Part shown: piece after piece, positions 46,347-56,622 of the stretch
Position numbering within the stretch: position 1 is the stretch's first letter
How the letters are laid out: each line of letters starts with the position of its first letter
Origin: Candidatus Saccharicenans sp.
Lineage (GTDB): Bacteria; Acidobacteriota; Aminicenantia; Aminicenantales; Saccharicenantaceae
NCBI GenBank assembly: GCA_029907135.1
Contig: JARYMJ010000003.1
Location: forward strand, 4,472-68,471
Direction: 5' to 3'
Length of the DNA: 64,000 bases
Made by a program: the position numbers and the translations under genes
The notes under the pieces: model-generated
Told to the model about the DNA's origin: nothing
What the model saw: only the letters and a program-made list of their open reading frames with translations
Database searches by the model: none

Positions 46347-48008
46347 TCAGTCAGCCGCTGGCCTTTGAAAAGCGCTGTCTGGCTTGAACTGGGGCAGCTG
46401 GTCCTGCCGCCCCAGGAGCTCTATGATTTCCCGGGCCCAGCGCAGCAGCTGCAAGGCCCCGCCCATATCCCAGTCTTCCTGGAATTCGTCGCTGACCTGA
46501 TGGTAATGGAATTTCTGGTACTCCTCGGCTTTCCTCCAGACTTTATCCGGGTCCGGCCCCCTGGCCACCACTCCCTCGTGTAACCAGACCGCCGGAATAC
46601 CGTGGCGGGCAAAGCTCAGCTGGTCGGAGCGGAAGAAAAAGCCATAGTTTCCGCCCCGCTCCGGCGTGTAGCGGTAGCCGAGTTTTTCAGCCGCCTGGCG
46701 GCAGAGGTCATCCAAATCGGAAAAGCGGGCCCCGATTCCGTAGACATCCTCGGTCTCTCCCCAGACATTGGTCATCTCAAAATTGATATTGGCCAGGACT
46801 GAGGAATTAGGGATAGGAAGATGAGAGGCCAGGAAGTCCGAGCCGAGCAGGTTCTGCTCTTCGGCGGTCACGGCGGCAAAGACCAGGTTGAGCGGCAGGT
46901 CTCCCCTGAACTGCGAGTAATAACGGGCCAGGGCCAGCAGGCAGGCGGTAGCCGAACAGTTGTCAACCGCTCCGTTATAGACCGGGTCGCCCCGGAGGTT
47001 GGGGTCCTGGCCCAGGTGGTCATAATGGGCTGAAATAATCACGTACTTATCCCAGGCTTCCTGATGGTGGCTCCGAAGCCAGCCGACCACGTTGGCCGCC
47101 GCCACTTCCCTGAAAACTGGTTTCTGCCGGACCCGGACAGAAAGCCCTAGCGGCTTCGGGCTGAAGTCGGGCCTTTCAGCCTCAGCCAGAAGTTTCTTCC
47201 GGTCGAGGCCGGCCGCAGCCAGAATTTTTTCAGCCAGGGCACTGCTGACCCAGCCCTGGAAATACAGGCTTCGTTTCTTTTCGGGTAGGAAAAAAGATTC
47301 CTTGGCCCAGGAATTACGAACGACACTCCAGCCGTAGGTGGCTCCTTTATCGTTGTGAATAATGAGGACACCGACCGCTCCCAGCTCGGTGGCCTTCTCA
47401 AACTTATAGATCCACCGGCCGTAATAATTCATATCTTCTCCGTCAAAGATGCCACCGGGGTAATTACCAGGCTCGTTGATTTCCACCAGCAGCACCTTGC
47501 CCCGGACATCAAAGCCTTTGAGGTCGTCCCAGTTACGCTCCGGGGCCTGAATCAGGTAACCGCCATAGACCAGTTCGGCTGTGACTTCGTTGGGGCAATC
47601 CTCCCTTTCGCTCTTGATAACAAAATCTTCCAGCAGAACCGGGGGCGGGACTTCAGCCAGCCTGCGGCCGGGGCCGGGAATGACCTCCAGGGTAGCTTTG
47701 AGGTCGGGCTGCACTCCGACCAGGGTGAATTCCTGGCGATAATTTTGCCCAATGAAGGGCTGCAAGCCAAACTGTCTGAAAAAATCTTCCTGGTAGGCAG
47801 CCGCCAGCTCAATTCCCCGGCTGCCTAGACCCCGACCTTCATAAATATCGTCAGACAGAATCCGGATATGGGCCAGGAGCTCTTCAGCCGTGATTTCCGC
47901 GGCTGACTTTTCCCCCCGACAGGCGGGAAAGGCCAGGAACAGAAAAAACATTATAACCATCAATAGAAAGACTCCGGCCGCGGGCCTATTTCTCAGGCAG
48001 TAACTCAT
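46347..48008 (-). CDS. secreted M28-family aminopeptidase with PA domain
   Basis: The ATG at 48008 is 5 nt after GGGAGG; the track start is GTG 48014. It has a signal peptide, GAVDNCSATACLLALA, FAAVTAEEQNLLGS and FFRSDQLSFARHGIP. Confidence 0.8.
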   Translation of the reverse strand: MSYCLRNRPAAGVFLLMVIMFFLFLAFPACRGEKSAAEITAEELLAHIRILSDDIYEGRGLGSRGIELAAAYQEDFFRQFGLQPFIGQNYRQEFTLVGVQPDLKATLEVIPGPGRRLAEVPPPVLLEDFVIKSEREDCPNEVTAELVYGGYLIQAPERNWDDLKGFDVRGKVLLVEINEPGNYPGGIFDGEDMNYYGRWIYKFEKATELGAVGVLIIHNDKGATYGWSVVRNSWAKESFFLPEKKRSLYFQGWVSSALAEKILAAAGLDRKKLLAEAERPDFSPKPLGLSVRVRQKPVFREVAAANVVGWLRSHHQEAWDKYVIISAHYDHLGQDPNLRGDPVYNGAVDNCSATACLLALARYYSQFRGDLPLNLVFAAVTAEEQNLLGSDFLASHLPIPNSSVLANINFEMTNVWGETEDVYGIGARFSDLDDLCRQAAEKLGYRYTPERGGNYGFFFRSDQLSFARHGIPAVWLHEGVVARGPDPDKVWRKAEEYQKFHYHQVSDEFQEDWDMGGALQLLRWAREIIELLGRQDQLPQFKPDSAFQRPAAD

Positions 48009-48034
48009 GACCACCTCCCGTCCAGCCTCAGCTG

Positions 48035-48083
48035 AAATAAAAAGGCTCTGGCTGTCCTGATGTCCATACTGGCAGCCAGAGCC
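48035..48083 (-). terminator. rho-independent terminator after hppA
   Basis: An 11-bp stem GGCTCTGGCTG/CAGCCAGAGCC (48044-48054 / 48073-48083) has an 18-nt loop. On the minus strand it is followed by TTTTTATTT (complement of 48035-48043). Confidence 0.6.
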
Positions 48084-48165
48084 TAATTTACTAATTTTTC
48101 AGCCAGAAATCCAACCGCTTTTTTTCTTTCTCCCTCAGCCCATATATGAACGTTCATTCATATAT

Positions 48166-50352
48166 TTATTTAATCAGGGAAAAGGCCACGGTCAGACCGG
48201 CCATTACGATGGAGACCATGCTCATCAACTTGATCAGGATGTTCAGGCTGGGACCGGAGGTGTCCTTGAAGGGGTCGCCAACCGTGTCCCCGACCACCGC
48301 CGCCTTATGAGCATTTGAACCCTTGCCCCCGAGGTTGCCTTCTTCTATGAATTTCTTGGCGTTATCCCAGGCTCCACCGGCATTGGCCATAAATACGGCC
48401 AGGACAAAACCGGTGGTGGTGGCCCCGATCAGCAGGCCCATGACTCCGCCCACGCCCAGCAGCAGGCCGGTGGCCACGGGAACCATTATGGCCGCCAGCG
48501 AGGGCACCATCATGGCTTTCTGCGCTCCCCGGGTGGAAATGGCCACGCACCGGGCATAATCCGGCTCAGACGTCCCCTCCCAGACGCCGGGAATTTCCTT
48601 GAACTGGCGCCGAACCTCGTCCACCATCTTGCCGGCCGCTTTACCCACGGCCTGCATGGTCAGTCCGCAAAAGACAAAGGCCATCATAGCTCCGATGAAC
48701 ATGCCCACCAGGACGATGGGGTTCATCAGGGTCACCCGGAAATAGTTCATGAAATCCAGGATGCCAGCTTTGGCCGTTTCTATGACGGTGCCGTCCATCA
48801 TCTGGATGGTGTTCTGGCCGACACGCAGCAGACCGACCTTCAACTCTTCCACGTAGGAGGCCAGAAGGGCCAGAGCGGTCAGGGCCGCCGAACCTATGGC
48901 AAAGCCCTTGCCGGTGGCGGCGGTGGTATTGCCCAGGGCATCCAGGGCATCGGTCCTCCGCCGGACTTCCGGCTCCAGGTTGGACATCTGGGCGTTGCCG
49001 CCGGCGTTGTCGGCGATTGGACCATAAGCATCAGTGGCCAGGGTAATGCCCAGGGTGGAGAGCATGCCGACCGCTGCAATGCCTATGCCATACAGCCCGG
49101 GCCCGACGTTGGCCAGGTTAAAGCCGGAAGCAAAAAGGTAGGCCAGGACTGTTCCGGCCGCCACCGCCAGCACCGGGACCGAGGTCGAAAGCATACCGGT
49201 GCCGATGCCGGAAATGATAACTGTGGCCGCGCCGGTGTTGGCACTATGGGCTATCTTCCTGGTGGGCCGAAAGGAATGAGAGGTAAAATACTCGGTTGAT
49301 TTGCCGATAGCAATTCCAGCCAGCAGCCCGGCCACCAGGGCCAGCCAGGTACCCAGGGGGAGTTTCAGATAGTGGATAACAAAATAAGAAAAAATTATGA
49401 TGAAAACCGAGCTGGCATTTATGCCGCGGCTCAAAGCGTTGATCAGGTCTTTCTGGGTAGCTCCTTCCCTGGTCTTAACCAGGAAAATTCCCAGGATGGA
49501 CAGGATGGTGCCAACGGCGGCTATGGCCATAGGGGCCACCACGGCATTAAGCTGCAGGACTCCCTGGCCGGCGTAAGCCGAAGCTCCCAGAGCGGCTGTG
49601 GCCAGGATGGAACCGGCATAGGACTCATAGAGGTCAGCCCCCATGCCGGCCACGTCACCCACGTTATCACCGACGTTATCGGCAATAACGGCCGGGTTTC
49701 TGGGGTCATCCTCGGGAATGTTGGCTTCAACCTTACCTACCAGGTCGGCTCCGACATCGGCCGCCTTGGTATAGATGCCACCACCCACCCTGGCAAACAG
49801 AGCCTGGGTGGAAGCCCCCATGCCGAAGGTCAGCATGGTGGTGGTGATTATGATCAGGTTATGTTCATCTCCAATGGGGTAGAAATGCTTCAGGATCAGG
49901 AACCAGAGAGAAATATCCAGCAGGGCCAGCCCCACCACCGTCAGGCCCATGACCGCCCCGCTTCTGAAAGCTACCTTGAGGGCGCTGTCCAGGGAGCTGC
50001 GGCCAGCGTTGGCCGTCCGGGCCGAGGCGTAGGTAGCCGTCTTCATCCCGAAGAAGCCGGCCAGCCCGGAGAAAAAGCCGCCGGTCAGGAAAGCCACCGG
50101 CACCCACCGGTTCTGTACCTTGAGTCCGAAGGCCAGGAAGGCCAGGATCACGATCAGGCAGATAAAAACAATGACCACCACCTTGTACTGTTGCTTCAGG
50201 TAAGCCATGGCTCCCTTTCGCACGTAAGAAGCAATCAGGGCCATTTTTTCTGTTCCCTCGCTCTTTTTCTTCATCTGGTGGTAAAAGAACCAGGCAAAAA
50301 ACAGGGCCAGGACGGACGCGGCCGGAGCCAGCCAGAAAATAGAAGTTAACAT
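48166..50352 (-). CDS. hppA: membrane-bound cation-translocating pyrophosphatase, K+-dependent type
   Basis: 728 aa with about 16 TM segments. It has [18 protein letters not shown] and [25 protein letters not shown] carries Ala (not Lys) at the position that distinguishes K+-dependent enzymes. SD is AGGAGG. Confidence 0.95.
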   Translation of the reverse strand: MLTSIFWLAPAASVLALFFAWFFYHQMKKKSEGTEKMALIASYVRKGAMAYLKQQYKVVVIVFICLIVILAFLAFGLKVQNRWVPVAFLTGGFFSGLAGFFGMKTATYASARTANAGRSSLDSALKVAFRSGAVMGLTVVGLALLDISLWFLILKHFYPIGDEHNLIIITTTMLTFGMGASTQALFARVGGGIYTKAADVGADLVGKVEANIPEDDPRNPAVIADNVGDNVGDVAGMGADLYESYAGSILATAALGASAYAGQGVLQLNAVVAPMAIAAVGTILSILGIFLVKTREGATQKDLINALSRGINASSVFIIIFSYFVIHYLKLPLGTWLALVAGLLAGIAIGKSTEYFTSHSFRPTRKIAHSANTGAATVIISGIGTGMLSTSVPVLAVAAGTVLAYLFASGFNLANVGPGLYGIGIAAVGMLSTLGITLATDAYGPIADNAGGNAQMSNLEPEVRRRTDALDALGNTTAATGKGFAIGSAALTALALLASYVEELKVGLLRVGQNTIQMMDGTVIETAKAGILDFMNYFRVTLMNPIVLVGMFIGAMMAFVFCGLTMQAVGKAAGKMVDEVRRQFKEIPGVWEGTSEPDYARCVAISTRGAQKAMMVPSLAAIMVPVATGLLLGVGGVMGLLIGATTTGFVLAVFMANAGGAWDNAKKFIEEGNLGGKGSNAHKAAVVGDTVGDPFKDTSGPSLNILIKLMSMVSIVMAGLTVAFSLIK

Positions 50353-50426
50353 CGGTTGCCTCCTGCTCAGACTGATATTAATGCTGGAGTCTGGTTAATT
50401 AGTACCCTTTGAGAATTTAAGCCGTA

Positions 50427-50455
50427 AATTTATCATAAACAGGTCGGTGTGTCAA
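50427..50455 (-). promoter_or_regulatory. sigma70-type (extended -10) promoter of hppA
   Basis: On the minus strand: perfect TTGACA (50455-50450), a 17-nt spacer ending in TGA, then TAAATT (50432-50427). It lies about 75 nt upstream of the ATG at 50352. Confidence 0.55.
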
Positions 50456-50606
50456 AAGCCGTCAGCATTTTTGGGCTCCTCTAACTTGCATTAGTCCATA
50501 AAGATAGGAAGGGACTGGACGGGGACGGCCCCGGCGACTCGGGGGCTAAAGGAGTTGATTTCGACCATCGGTCTGGATAAATTATTAGGATCAGGGGAAA
50601 AAAAAC

Positions 50607-51326
50607 ATGAAACTGCATATCGGCACTTCGGGCTGGAGTTATCCCGGCTGGCGCCAACGCTTCTATCCGCCGGAAATAAGACCCGACGGCTGGCTCGAAT
50701 TCTATGCCCGTCATTTTGATACTGTGGAAATCAACATGACCTTTTACCGTTCACCGAAGCCGGAAACATTGCATAACTGGGCGGCCAGAACCCCGGAAAA
50801 TTTTGTTTTTACCATGAAGGCCAGCCGGCAGATCACCCATCTCAAGAAGTTACAGAAGGTGGAACATGACCTGGAGCATCTGGCCTTCCTGGCCCGGCAG
50901 CTGGGGCCTAAAATGGGCTGCCTTCTCTACCAGCTACCGCCATCGCTGACCAGAGACAAAGAGCTGCTGGCATCATTTCTCCAGGTCCGGCCGCCTGGTT
51001 TCAAGCAGGTGCTCGAATTCAGGCATCCCAGCTGGTACCACCCGGAAATCTACGAATTGATGTCACAGTTTGGGACTATTTTTTGCGTGGTGTCCTCGGC
51101 CCGGGTGCCACCCGAGGTGGTGGTGACCTCCAGGACGGCCTATTTCCGCTTTCACGGGTTGACCGGCGGCTACCGCTACCGCTATTCACACGATGAATTG
51201 AAAAAATGGGCCGAGGCCATCCGCCGGGCGGCAGCCGAAGAGTGCTTTGTTTATTTCAACAATGATTACCAGGCTCATGCCGTCTTCAATGCCCAGAAGC
51301 TGCGGGAGTTGCTGACCGGGGCCTGA
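50607..51326 (+). CDS. DUF72 (YecE-like) family protein
   Basis: 239 aa starting MKLHIGTSGWSYPGWRQRFYP, with FYARHFDTVEINMTFYR and LYQLPPS. Confidence 0.85.
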   Translation: MKLHIGTSGWSYPGWRQRFYPPEIRPDGWLEFYARHFDTVEINMTFYRSPKPETLHNWAARTPENFVFTMKASRQITHLKKLQKVEHDLEHLAFLARQLGPKMGCLLYQLPPSLTRDKELLASFLQVRPPGFKQVLEFRHPSWYHPEIYELMSQFGTIFCVVSSARVPPEVVVTSRTAYFRFHGLTGGYRYRYSHDELKKWAEAIRRAAAEECFVYFNNDYQAHAVFNAQKLRELLTGA

Positions 51327-51598
51327 GAGCAAGAGATAGCAAAAGCTCTCACCCAAGCCAGCAGCAGCCCAATCTTTCAGGTCTTCTGCTCGGGGCTATT
51401 TCTTTATTTCTGGGAGCAGGCGAAAAAGTCGGCGGAGATGAACGCGACCGACGTTTTCTGGCAGACCCGCAGTCCTTCGACCTCTGCCCAAGAGTGGTCC
51501 TGGCCCATTTGATTTTGCCAGCCAGAAAACATAAACTTAGACCGTGAGCAACACCGGAAGAATAAAATCGAAGAATAATACCTGAGAGGAGCATAACA

Positions 51599-52204
51599 AT
51601 GAAAAGACCAGCCGCTCTGGTAATTTTATTTTTATTAACTATCAGCCTGATAGCGCCACTCGGCCTGAGGGCCCAGACGGCCCCGACGGCCAGCCCACCT
51701 GTGCTTCTCACCTCCTGCGGACAGAGCCCCGGGCCGGCCATAGTCAAGGTTATTCTGCAGAAGCTCAATGTGCCCTTTGCGCTTGAACCCCTGGCCAGCG
51801 CCGCCAGCTTGCAGAAAAAGAAAGAGGCTGGCCAGCCCTACGGTTCAGTCATCATCGTCATGGGAGCCAGCCTCAAGGGAATGGGAGCGGCCGGCATTTC
51901 GATCGAGGATGAAATCAAGAGAATCAACCAGCTCATCCAGGAGGCCAGAAAGCAGGGACTGAAGGTTATCGGGGCCCATGTCGAGGGTCTGAAACGAAGG
52001 GCCCAGGGCGCCGCTGCCGGCGACACCACCGACGAACAGAGCATTGATGCCGTGGCCCCGCAGTCGGATATCCTGCTGGTCAACCGGGAGGGCAACTCCG
52101 ACGGCCGTTTTACCACCATCGCCCGGAATAAGAATATCCCGCTGATAGAAGTGGAAAAAAACCTGGACCTGCTGGAAGAACTCCGCAAGATCTACGGAAA
52201 ATAA
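51599..52204 (+). CDS. secreted protein of unknown function
   Basis: 201 aa with SD GAGGAG and signal peptide MKRPAALVILFLLTISLIAPLGLRA. It has a Rossmann-like alternating pattern. I do not recognise a named family with any confidence. Confidence 0.5.
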   Translation: MKRPAALVILFLLTISLIAPLGLRAQTAPTASPPVLLTSCGQSPGPAIVKVILQKLNVPFALEPLASAASLQKKKEAGQPYGSVIIVMGASLKGMGAAGISIEDEIKRINQLIQEARKQGLKVIGAHVEGLKRRAQGAAAGDTTDEQSIDAVAPQSDILLVNREGNSDGRFTTIARNKNIPLIEVEKNLDLLEELRKIYGK

Positions 52205-52275
52205 GGATTCCTGGACGGTCCTGCCAACGGGCAGTTCTACCAGGTCTTATAAGCAGCCAGCGATTCCTGGTCCGC

Positions 52276-54357
52276 TTATTTCTTTTTTAGTTCTATCATT
52301 CCGGCTTTTTCCAGAGCCTGGAAATATTTCTCTACATCCAGTAGAGGCAACGGTTCATATTCAGCCGAGGCAGCGTTGCGGATCTCGAGAATCGATTTCT
52401 TACCGTCAATGAAATTCCGCAGCTCAAATTCCGCCCGGTAAATCAGGGGGGAAAGCTGGAGATTCATCTCCCGCAACCTCATCATCACCGCCCAGGGCTC
52501 GCCCTCGGATGCCGCTGGCTTTCTGACCGGGACGATTTTACTTAGTCTGACCTCGTCGCTGGTCAAGACCAGCTTCTCCGGTTTTACCTTAAGCCGGAGA
52601 CCAACCTGCCTGTAGATGGTTTCCAGTTCAGCCAGCCAGGCCGCTTTCATCTGGTCCAGGCTTTTTAATTTAGCTTCCAGCAGAGTAGCAAACTCCCGTC
52701 CGGAGCCGGCAAAAAACCGGGCCGAGGCCAGGGCTTCTTTTTCCCTCAAGATCGCCTGTTCGACGATGTTGATAGCTTCCTTCCGGGCCAGGGACAGGTT
52801 GTTGGCCTCAGCCTTGAGAAGCATCTCGACCGCCCGGCCCTTTTCTTCTCCCAGGCGCCCCAGCCCGCGGGAGCTTACTTCATTCAGGATGGCCCCAGCC
52901 TCTTCCGGGCCAGCATTGGCCAGGAACAGAGCCGAAGCCACAGTCAGGGTTACCACTCGTTTGAGCTGAGTGGAATCAGATTTATCCGGCAGGTCGCCGC
53001 TGGTGTGGTACCACATGTCGGGCCAGCAGATAAACATGACCGCCGGTATCTTCACCGAGCCATCTATGAACACGATATGGTCGCTGCCGCCAGAAAAACG
53101 GTAAATGGTGTAGTAGAACGGGTCGCGGCTTCCGCCCGGTGACAGCACGGCATAATCCTTCCAGCCCAGGTCCTGGGACAGCCGCTGGCTGACCCCCATC
53201 CAGTCGACGAAAGAAGCTACCACGTCGTTGAGGTAGGTCGGCAGGGAGTAGGGCGTTGTTTCCAGGCGGAAGGCGCTCAGGTTCTTGACCAGGGCCTCAC
53301 CCACCATATCTTCATTGAGGTTGGCAAAAAATCTCCGGGCGATATCCGGGTATTTCTGGAGGTAAGCCCGGGTGCCAGAAATCTCCGGCACGAACAGGAA
53401 CCGGATCGACCTTCTGAGGGGTGGAATTGTTCCGTCGGCGATCATCTTCTTGATCACCCGGCCAGCTTCCAGGATGGCCACGCACCCAGAAGCATCATCG
53501 TTGGCTCCCTGCTTGGCAAAACCCTCGAACAGATGGGCGGTCAGGACCAGCTCCTCTGCGGCCTTGTCCGTGCCCTTGATCAGTCCGACGGCCATTTCCT
53601 CTTTGTAAGGAACCTGCTGGGTTTTGACCCTGGCCTTTACCACTATCTTGGTTTTTCTTTCCAGTGCCATTTTCAGGTCAAAATAGGTTCTTTCCGAAAC
53701 CATGAAAGCAAAAGTCGGCTTATCCTTCGGTCCCACCCGGATCGAACTCCAGCCGATCTGGTCCCGGTCGAACTCCGGGTGGCTGGAGGAGCAGCCAATC
53801 AGACCGACCGCCCCGTATTTTTCCACGGCCAGGCGGCGGGCCATTTCCGGTGAACCGTAAACCAGGGCTATCTTGCCGTTCAGATCTTTGTCCTTATAAT
53901 GGTCGTCGCTGAAGCCAGGGCCGACATCAACCAGCTCGGTCGTGACCTCGGCTGAAGCACTGCCGGAACACAGGACCGTGGCTATTTCCTTGAGGTCGGC
54001 AATTTTCTTCTTAACCGGCTCTACCACCCAGAGCTCGGCCTCCTCGGCATCCCAGGTGCTCTGGCCACGGACCGGCAGGTCGACTATCTGGTACTCGTCG
54101 TAACCGTACTCCTTGAGTTTTTCCAGGATGAATCTGGTTTCAAAATAGCCGCTACTATATTCTTCCGCTTTCCGGTTGCGATTGACTCCGGTCAGGAAGA
54201 TCTCATTCTGCAGGGCCAGCTCGCCGTTGGCTTCGTTGATAATGTCCTGCAGGAGCTTCAGCGGCAGCAGAGTTCTGGGCAATTTTTCCTGCGGTTGGGC
54301 CAGGGCCGCAGACAACAGAAACAACACCACCAGTAAAGTCGCCAGTTGTTTTTTCAT
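52276..54357 (-). CDS. secreted M28-family peptidase with PA domain and C-terminal winged-helix-like extension
   Basis: The ATG at 54357 follows GAGGAG; the track start is TTG 54363. It has signal MKKQLATLLVVLFLLSAALA, GANDDASGCVAILEAG, NLNEDMVGE and GGSDHIVF. Confidence 0.8.
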   Translation of the reverse strand: MKKQLATLLVVLFLLSAALAQPQEKLPRTLLPLKLLQDIINEANGELALQNEIFLTGVNRNRKAEEYSSGYFETRFILEKLKEYGYDEYQIVDLPVRGQSTWDAEEAELWVVEPVKKKIADLKEIATVLCSGSASAEVTTELVDVGPGFSDDHYKDKDLNGKIALVYGSPEMARRLAVEKYGAVGLIGCSSSHPEFDRDQIGWSSIRVGPKDKPTFAFMVSERTYFDLKMALERKTKIVVKARVKTQQVPYKEEMAVGLIKGTDKAAEELVLTAHLFEGFAKQGANDDASGCVAILEAGRVIKKMIADGTIPPLRRSIRFLFVPEISGTRAYLQKYPDIARRFFANLNEDMVGEALVKNLSAFRLETTPYSLPTYLNDVVASFVDWMGVSQRLSQDLGWKDYAVLSPGGSRDPFYYTIYRFSGGSDHIVFIDGSVKIPAVMFICWPDMWYHTSGDLPDKSDSTQLKRVVTLTVASALFLANAGPEEAGAILNEVSSRGLGRLGEEKGRAVEMLLKAEANNLSLARKEAINIVEQAILREKEALASARFFAGSGREFATLLEAKLKSLDQMKAAWLAELETIYRQVGLRLKVKPEKLVLTSDEVRLSKIVPVRKPAASEGEPWAVMMRLREMNLQLSPLIYRAEFELRNFIDGKKSILEIRNAASAEYEPLPLLDVEKYFQALEKAGMIELKKK

Positions 54358-54390
54358 GACCAACTCCTCTGAAAACGAGATATAAGTAAT

Positions 54391-54417
54391 AAATTCTATA
54401 TATTGAAAATAGAATTT
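54391..54417. repeat. 9-bp inverted repeat AAATTCTAT / ATAGAATTT with 9-nt spacer in a divergent promoter region
   Basis: Read directly from the sequence. It lies 34 nt upstream of the M28 start (54357) and 105 nt upstream of the ATG at 54522. Confidence 0.4.
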
Positions 54418-54521
54418 GCAAAGAAAAAGTTCCAGTAGCCAAAGGCTGGCCTGTCAATTTCAAATCCTTTTTGTTAGAATAATGCTAAGAAAAAAGTAAA
54501 ATGGATGAGGCGGAATAAGAA

Positions 54522-55133
54522 ATGATTGCTACCTCCACTGCCCTTAGTATTGTCACCGCCCTTCTGGCCATCTGTGTCCTGTGGCTGATTTACATCCTCT
54601 TTCGGGGACATACTGAAAGCCTGGTCCGGACCATAATTGCCATCGTTCTGCTCGGAATAATATTGGGCTATCTCCAGAGCACCAAGCTGACAGTCTTAAG
54701 CTTCAAGGCCATCAAGAACGACCTCTTCCCCCCAGACATCCCTCAGTACTATTACACGGTCAGCGAGTCGGACAACCTTTATTCTCACAGAACAATCTAC
54801 AGCTTCATAAGCGGCGACCAGCTGGACCGGACCTCAACCGTGCCGGTGCCTCCAGAATTGAAGGTGGTCATGGACCCCAACGGTCGCACCTTCACCCTAG
54901 ATGACCCGGAATCGCTCAACCTGGTCCTCGACCAGCTCAAGCTACCCCGGGTGAGTCACGGAGCCAAAGAACTGGTCACCATCACCGGGAATCAAACTGA
55001 CGTCGGTGTTTACCGCTGGGATGACTACCCGCTGGGCACACTGATTGTGGAAAGGGCTCTCTTCCAGCAAAAAAACACCATGCAGAGCTATAATGCCATC
55101 TCCAGAATAATCGTGGATAGCCGCAAGTACTGA
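54522..55133 (+). CDS. membrane-anchored protein of unknown function
   Basis: 203 aa with two N-terminal TM helices followed by a soluble domain. No family is recognised. It is the first gene of a same-strand run 54522-57798. Confidence 0.5.
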   Translation: MIATSTALSIVTALLAICVLWLIYILFRGHTESLVRTIIAIVLLGIILGYLQSTKLTVLSFKAIKNDLFPPDIPQYYYTVSESDNLYSHRTIYSFISGDQLDRTSTVPVPPELKVVMDPNGRTFTLDDPESLNLVLDQLKLPRVSHGAKELVTITGNQTDVGVYRWDDYPLGTLIVERALFQQKNTMQSYNAISRIIVDSRKY

Positions 55134-55158
55134 ACGAGCCAGAAGGAGAAAACAGCCA

Positions 55159-56451
55159 GTGTCACAGACTACGGGGGCCGCCATCATACTGGCGGTCATG
55201 GTGGCCGCCTACGCTGCGGCCAAGCTGTTCCGGGTTTCGACCGAGCTATCCCTGTTCCTGGCCGCCCTGGCTGGAGCCCTGGCCGGAGGTTATGGCCTGC
55301 CGGTTAGGCACCTGGCCGAGGGAGCCATCACCTACCTCGATATCTGCCTCATCTTCCTGACGGCCACGCTGTTCATGAACCTGCTCAAGGAAGCGGGGGG
55401 AGTCACCTTCGCCGTCAGGGCAATTCTTCAGAAATTTCACCGGCACCGTTTCATGCTCTTCCTGCTCCTGGTCTGCCTGCTTTTAATCCCCGGAGCCTTG
55501 ACCGGGGCCGGCAGCGTTACCGTCCTGATAACCGGTTCCCTGGTAGCGGTCGTTCTGAGATACATGGGCCTTGATAATCTCCGGTTAGCGGCCATTATTT
55601 TCATCATCGCCGGGCTGAGTGCCGCCGCTCCACCAGTCAGCCTCTGGGCCATGCTGACCGCGGCCGGAATCAACATGCCGTATGTCGGTTTCTTCCTGCC
55701 CCTTCTCCTGCCCTGCCTCCTGGGAGCCCTGCTGACCATTTTCATCCTGGGCTGGAAAGCCAGACCGGTGGATATCGAAAAAGCCCTGGCCGAAATTCCG
55801 GTTCCCCCAGAAAAAATGAACTGGTGGCGATTGACCCTGCCCTTTGTCGTCTTTCTGGCTCTGGTGGTGGCCGGAAGAATTTTTCCCTTCAGCTTTCCCA
55901 TCCTGGGACTGCCCCTTATTTTCGCCCTGACGGCTCTGGTTACCATCCTGGTCTCACCTGTTAGGCTGAATGTCTGGAAGACAACCCTGAACACCACCCA
56001 GCAGCTCCTGCCGCTGGTGGGTACCTTGACCTGCGTCGGAATCCTGGTGCAGATTATGACCCTGACCGGGGTCAGGGGTTTGATTTCCGTTTCGGTCGTA
56101 ACCCTGCCGGTAGCCATGGTTGTGGCTTCCCTGTTCCTGACGCTCCCCCTGTCCGAAGCGGTCCTGATGTGGGGAGCCGCCCCGGTCCTGGGCGTGCCTC
56201 TGGTGCTTCTTTTTAACACCCGGGGACTCAACCCGGTGGTGGCCCTGGCCGGAATGAGCCTGATCTGGCCCTTGGGTGATGCCCTGCCGCCCACGGCCAT
56301 TATCGGCCGCCTGACCATGGATACGGTTGGGGTTAAAGAGCGCTATGCAAGTTTTCTTAAAATGTGCCTGGTCCCGGCCATAATCATCGCCCTGCTGGGT
56401 AGCCTGATGATCATTTTCAGCCAGAAACTTTCATTCCTGACAATTTTTTAG
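55159..56451 (+). CDS. ion-transporter-superfamily permease (GntP/DctM-like)
   Basis: 430 aa with a GTG start after AAGGAG, and polytopic. LLKEAGGVTFAVRAIL...LLIPGALTGAGS resembles the GntP/IT-superfamily hairpin region. The substrate is unknown. Stop is TAG. Confidence 0.55.
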   Translation: MSQTTGAAIILAVMVAAYAAAKLFRVSTELSLFLAALAGALAGGYGLPVRHLAEGAITYLDICLIFLTATLFMNLLKEAGGVTFAVRAILQKFHRHRFMLFLLLVCLLLIPGALTGAGSVTVLITGSLVAVVLRYMGLDNLRLAAIIFIIAGLSAAAPPVSLWAMLTAAGINMPYVGFFLPLLLPCLLGALLTIFILGWKARPVDIEKALAEIPVPPEKMNWWRLTLPFVVFLALVVAGRIFPFSFPILGLPLIFALTALVTILVSPVRLNVWKTTLNTTQQLLPLVGTLTCVGILVQIMTLTGVRGLISVSVVTLPVAMVVASLFLTLPLSEAVLMWGAAPVLGVPLVLLFNTRGLNPVVALAGMSLIWPLGDALPPTAIIGRLTMDTVGVKERYASFLKMCLVPAIIIALLGSLMIIFSQKLSFLTIF

Positions 56452-56459
56452 GAGGCTGG

Positions 56460-56615
56460 ATGGCCACTTTAATAACTTTTCTTTATTATTTGCTGGTGGC
56501 CTTTTTTGCCGTCGGCTTTATCTGGAATTTCCGGAAGTCCAGGAACTGGCAGGATGAAGCCCTGTACCTGATAGTTCTTCTGCCTTTTCTCCTGCGGCTT
56601 TTCCGGCTGAAATGA
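56460..56615 (+). CDS. 51-aa two-helix membrane micro-protein
   Basis: Below the track cutoff. AGGAGG (56450-56455) lies 4 nt before the ATG at 56460. The sequence is MATLITFLYYLLVAFFAVGFIWNFRKSRNWQDEALYLIVLLPFLLRLFRLK. Its stop at 56613-56615 is 7 nt before the next ATG (56623), and the stop region itself supplies a GAGG SD. Confidence 0.45.
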   Translation: MATLITFLYYLLVAFFAVGFIWNFRKSRNWQDEALYLIVLLPFLLRLFRLK

Positions 56616-56622
56616 GGTCAAA

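Noticed and set aside
51349-51768. Track ORF 51349-51768 (-), 139 aa.
   Set aside because: It overlaps the start and signal peptide of the plus-strand gene at 51599, which has a good SD. Its translation is Arg/Ser/Pro-rich with no recognisable features.
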